DNA of 63,811 nucleotides, counting the filler, from Ministeria vibrans ATCC 50519 (taxonomy: Eukaryota > Protista > Filasterea), in the NCBI GenBank assembly GCA_943704425.1. It is 5 parts of 5 records of this genome, joined end to end, with 100 filler letters (N's around TTAATTAATTAA, not from the genome) between each part and the next. Parts side by side here need not be neighbours in the genome. Positions count along the whole stretch, not along the records: positions 62,057 to 63,811 come from CALSCP010002408.1; 4 more parts are not named here. One strand, 5' to 3'. Within the stretch, counting starts at the first letter, position 1; every line of letters begins with the position of its first letter. The notes under the pieces were generated by a model that was not told where the DNA came from, made no database searches, and saw only the letters and a list, made by a program, of their open reading frames with translations. Of this stretch, positions 62,348-63,811 are shown in pieces. Position numbers and translations under genes: made by a program.

Positions 62348-63753
62348 ATGAAACGCCTCGAGCTGCTTGTGTTCTTGTCGGTTGGGGTCGCGGTGGTCTG
62401 TGGCTTGGCATGCCGGGACGTGTCGCAGCGGGTCGACTGCGGGTACGCGGGGATCAGCGCAGAGAACTGCACGACGCGCGGCTGCTGCTACGGCCAGCAG
62501 GCGGGCCAGCCGTCGTGCTTCTTCAGTGAAGACGGCGTCACTGTTGAGACCGTCCATATCATCCAGGTCCCACATGCCCTGCGAGCGACCAAGTAAATGT
62601 ACTCAGTTGTGTTGTTTTTTTTTTTTTTTTGTGTTTGTTCTCTTTTTCACTCCAAAGTCGAACCATCTGGACGTTGGCTACGCCGATCTCAGTGTGAACA
62701 TTGTCAACGAGTACTTTACAAAGTATTTCCCTCGTGCCGCCCGAATCGGCGCTGAGCTACGCGCGCGCGGTGGGCTGGAGCGACTGCGGTGGATGACCCA
62801 CACGTACCTTGTGACGCTCTTCCTCGACTGCCCGTCGGGCCTGGGCCTCCACTGCCCCGATGCCGATGCAGTGGCAACCTTCAAGTCGGCTGTTGCTGCT
62901 GGCGACATCACGTGGCATGCCTTCCCCTACAACGCCCAGTTGGAGGTCATGGATGTGTCGATGGTCCGTTTTGGGCTCAACCTCACGCACACCATTGACG
63001 ACTTGTTTGGTCTACCGCACAAGAAAACATTGAGTCAACGCGACGTGCCGGGTATGCCACGCGCCGTCATTCCCATTCTGGTTGATAATGGCGTCAATGC
63101 CATCTCCATTGGATGTAACGGAGCAGTCGTAAGAAAGGACTTGATAATCTTTGTTTCTTTGTCACTCCATCAAATATCACTGTGTATCTGTGTAGATTCC
63201 TCCTAACATTCCGTTGGGTGGCGTGTGGCGCGACGATGCCACCAATACGAGTATTCTGACCCTCCAGCATCCCTTTGGCTATGGTCAGCTCCCCAATCCA
63301 AGTCAAAACACCCCTCTCGATGGCGATTCCCTTGTACTTCCTGGACTCGTACGTTGCCTCACGAAGAGAGTGCTCCCTCACTGCTCTCACACTTTTTCTA
63401 TCTTTTGCATCTTAATAGAGCCATGCAATGGTCTACGCCTGGCGCGGAGGTACCACACACTAAGCACACACACACACCCACAAACACAAATAATTTACAT
63501 ACTATATGCACTAATATTAATATTATTATATATATGCACACAAGATATGCTAGTCCCATACTAAAAAAATAGGTTGCTGAATCTGTAGACAATGCGGGGC
63601 CACCCGAGTCTGTGGAAGAAGTGCTTGCCAACTTTGCACAGGTGCGTGCGGCCTTTCCCACTGCTAAGAATGTTGTCGCATCGACCCTCGACAATTTCAC
63701 CTCATTGGCACAGTCTGTGCGTCACTTACTGCCAGTTATCTCTCAAGACCAAG
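62348..63753 (+). CDS. Secreted trefoil (P-type) domain + DUF5054/GH38-N-like glycoside hydrolase-family protein; runs off window
   Basis: Signal peptide and trefoil 'RVDCGYAGISAENCTTRGCCY...PSCFF'. Also 'VHIIQSNHLDVGYAD...YFPRA', 'GDITWHAFPYN', 'SQRDVPG' and 'DNAGPP'. Confidence 0.8.
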
Positions 63754-63811
63754 GGTACGGTCAATAGTACATCGATCGCTCGACTTGTCTTATCACTTTA
63801 ACCCCCCCCCC

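Noticed and set aside
63797-63811. TTAACCCCCCCCCC at the window end as a telomere
   Set aside because: A single unit inside an apparent intron of the last gene, with no tandem array.

Overview
Gene-dense, intron-rich (GT-AG) eukaryotic DNA, most plausibly from a heterotrophic protist draft genome or MAG; the taxon cannot be assigned from this window alone. It is at least five contigs joined by artificial N-run/TTAATTAATTAA linkers (28834-28933, 38466-38565, 52799-52898, 61957-62056), so adjacency across linkers is not biological. About 27 protein-coding genes or fragments are present. Housekeeping genes include EMC5, ITFG2, NCLX/CCX, DNLZ/Hep1, a NEK kinase, ELP4, a Dbf2/NDR kinase, SMPD4, ALG1, UGCG, RPP14, DDX6, SPP1/CXXC1 and a PEX39-like gene. 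There are also several secreted or repeat proteins. The standout is a secreted EGF-repeat protein of more than 4200 aa (15641-28833, truncated by a gap). Its two VWA domains are each inserted inside the beta-hairpin of a split EGF domain. Its ~89-EGF rod strictly alternates two 7-Cys EGF types whose extra cysteines sit at the predicted EGF-EGF interface, suggesting inter-domain disulfide staples. Other notable items are an OGG1-like protein lacking the catalytic Asp, a perfect 73-bp inverted repeat interlocked with a second 24-bp one, a strand-biased 18-bp intronic motif shared by unrelated genes, a single-pass REJ-GAIN/GPS protein and a QRT3-like enzyme. All family assignments are from motif recognition by eye, not database searches.
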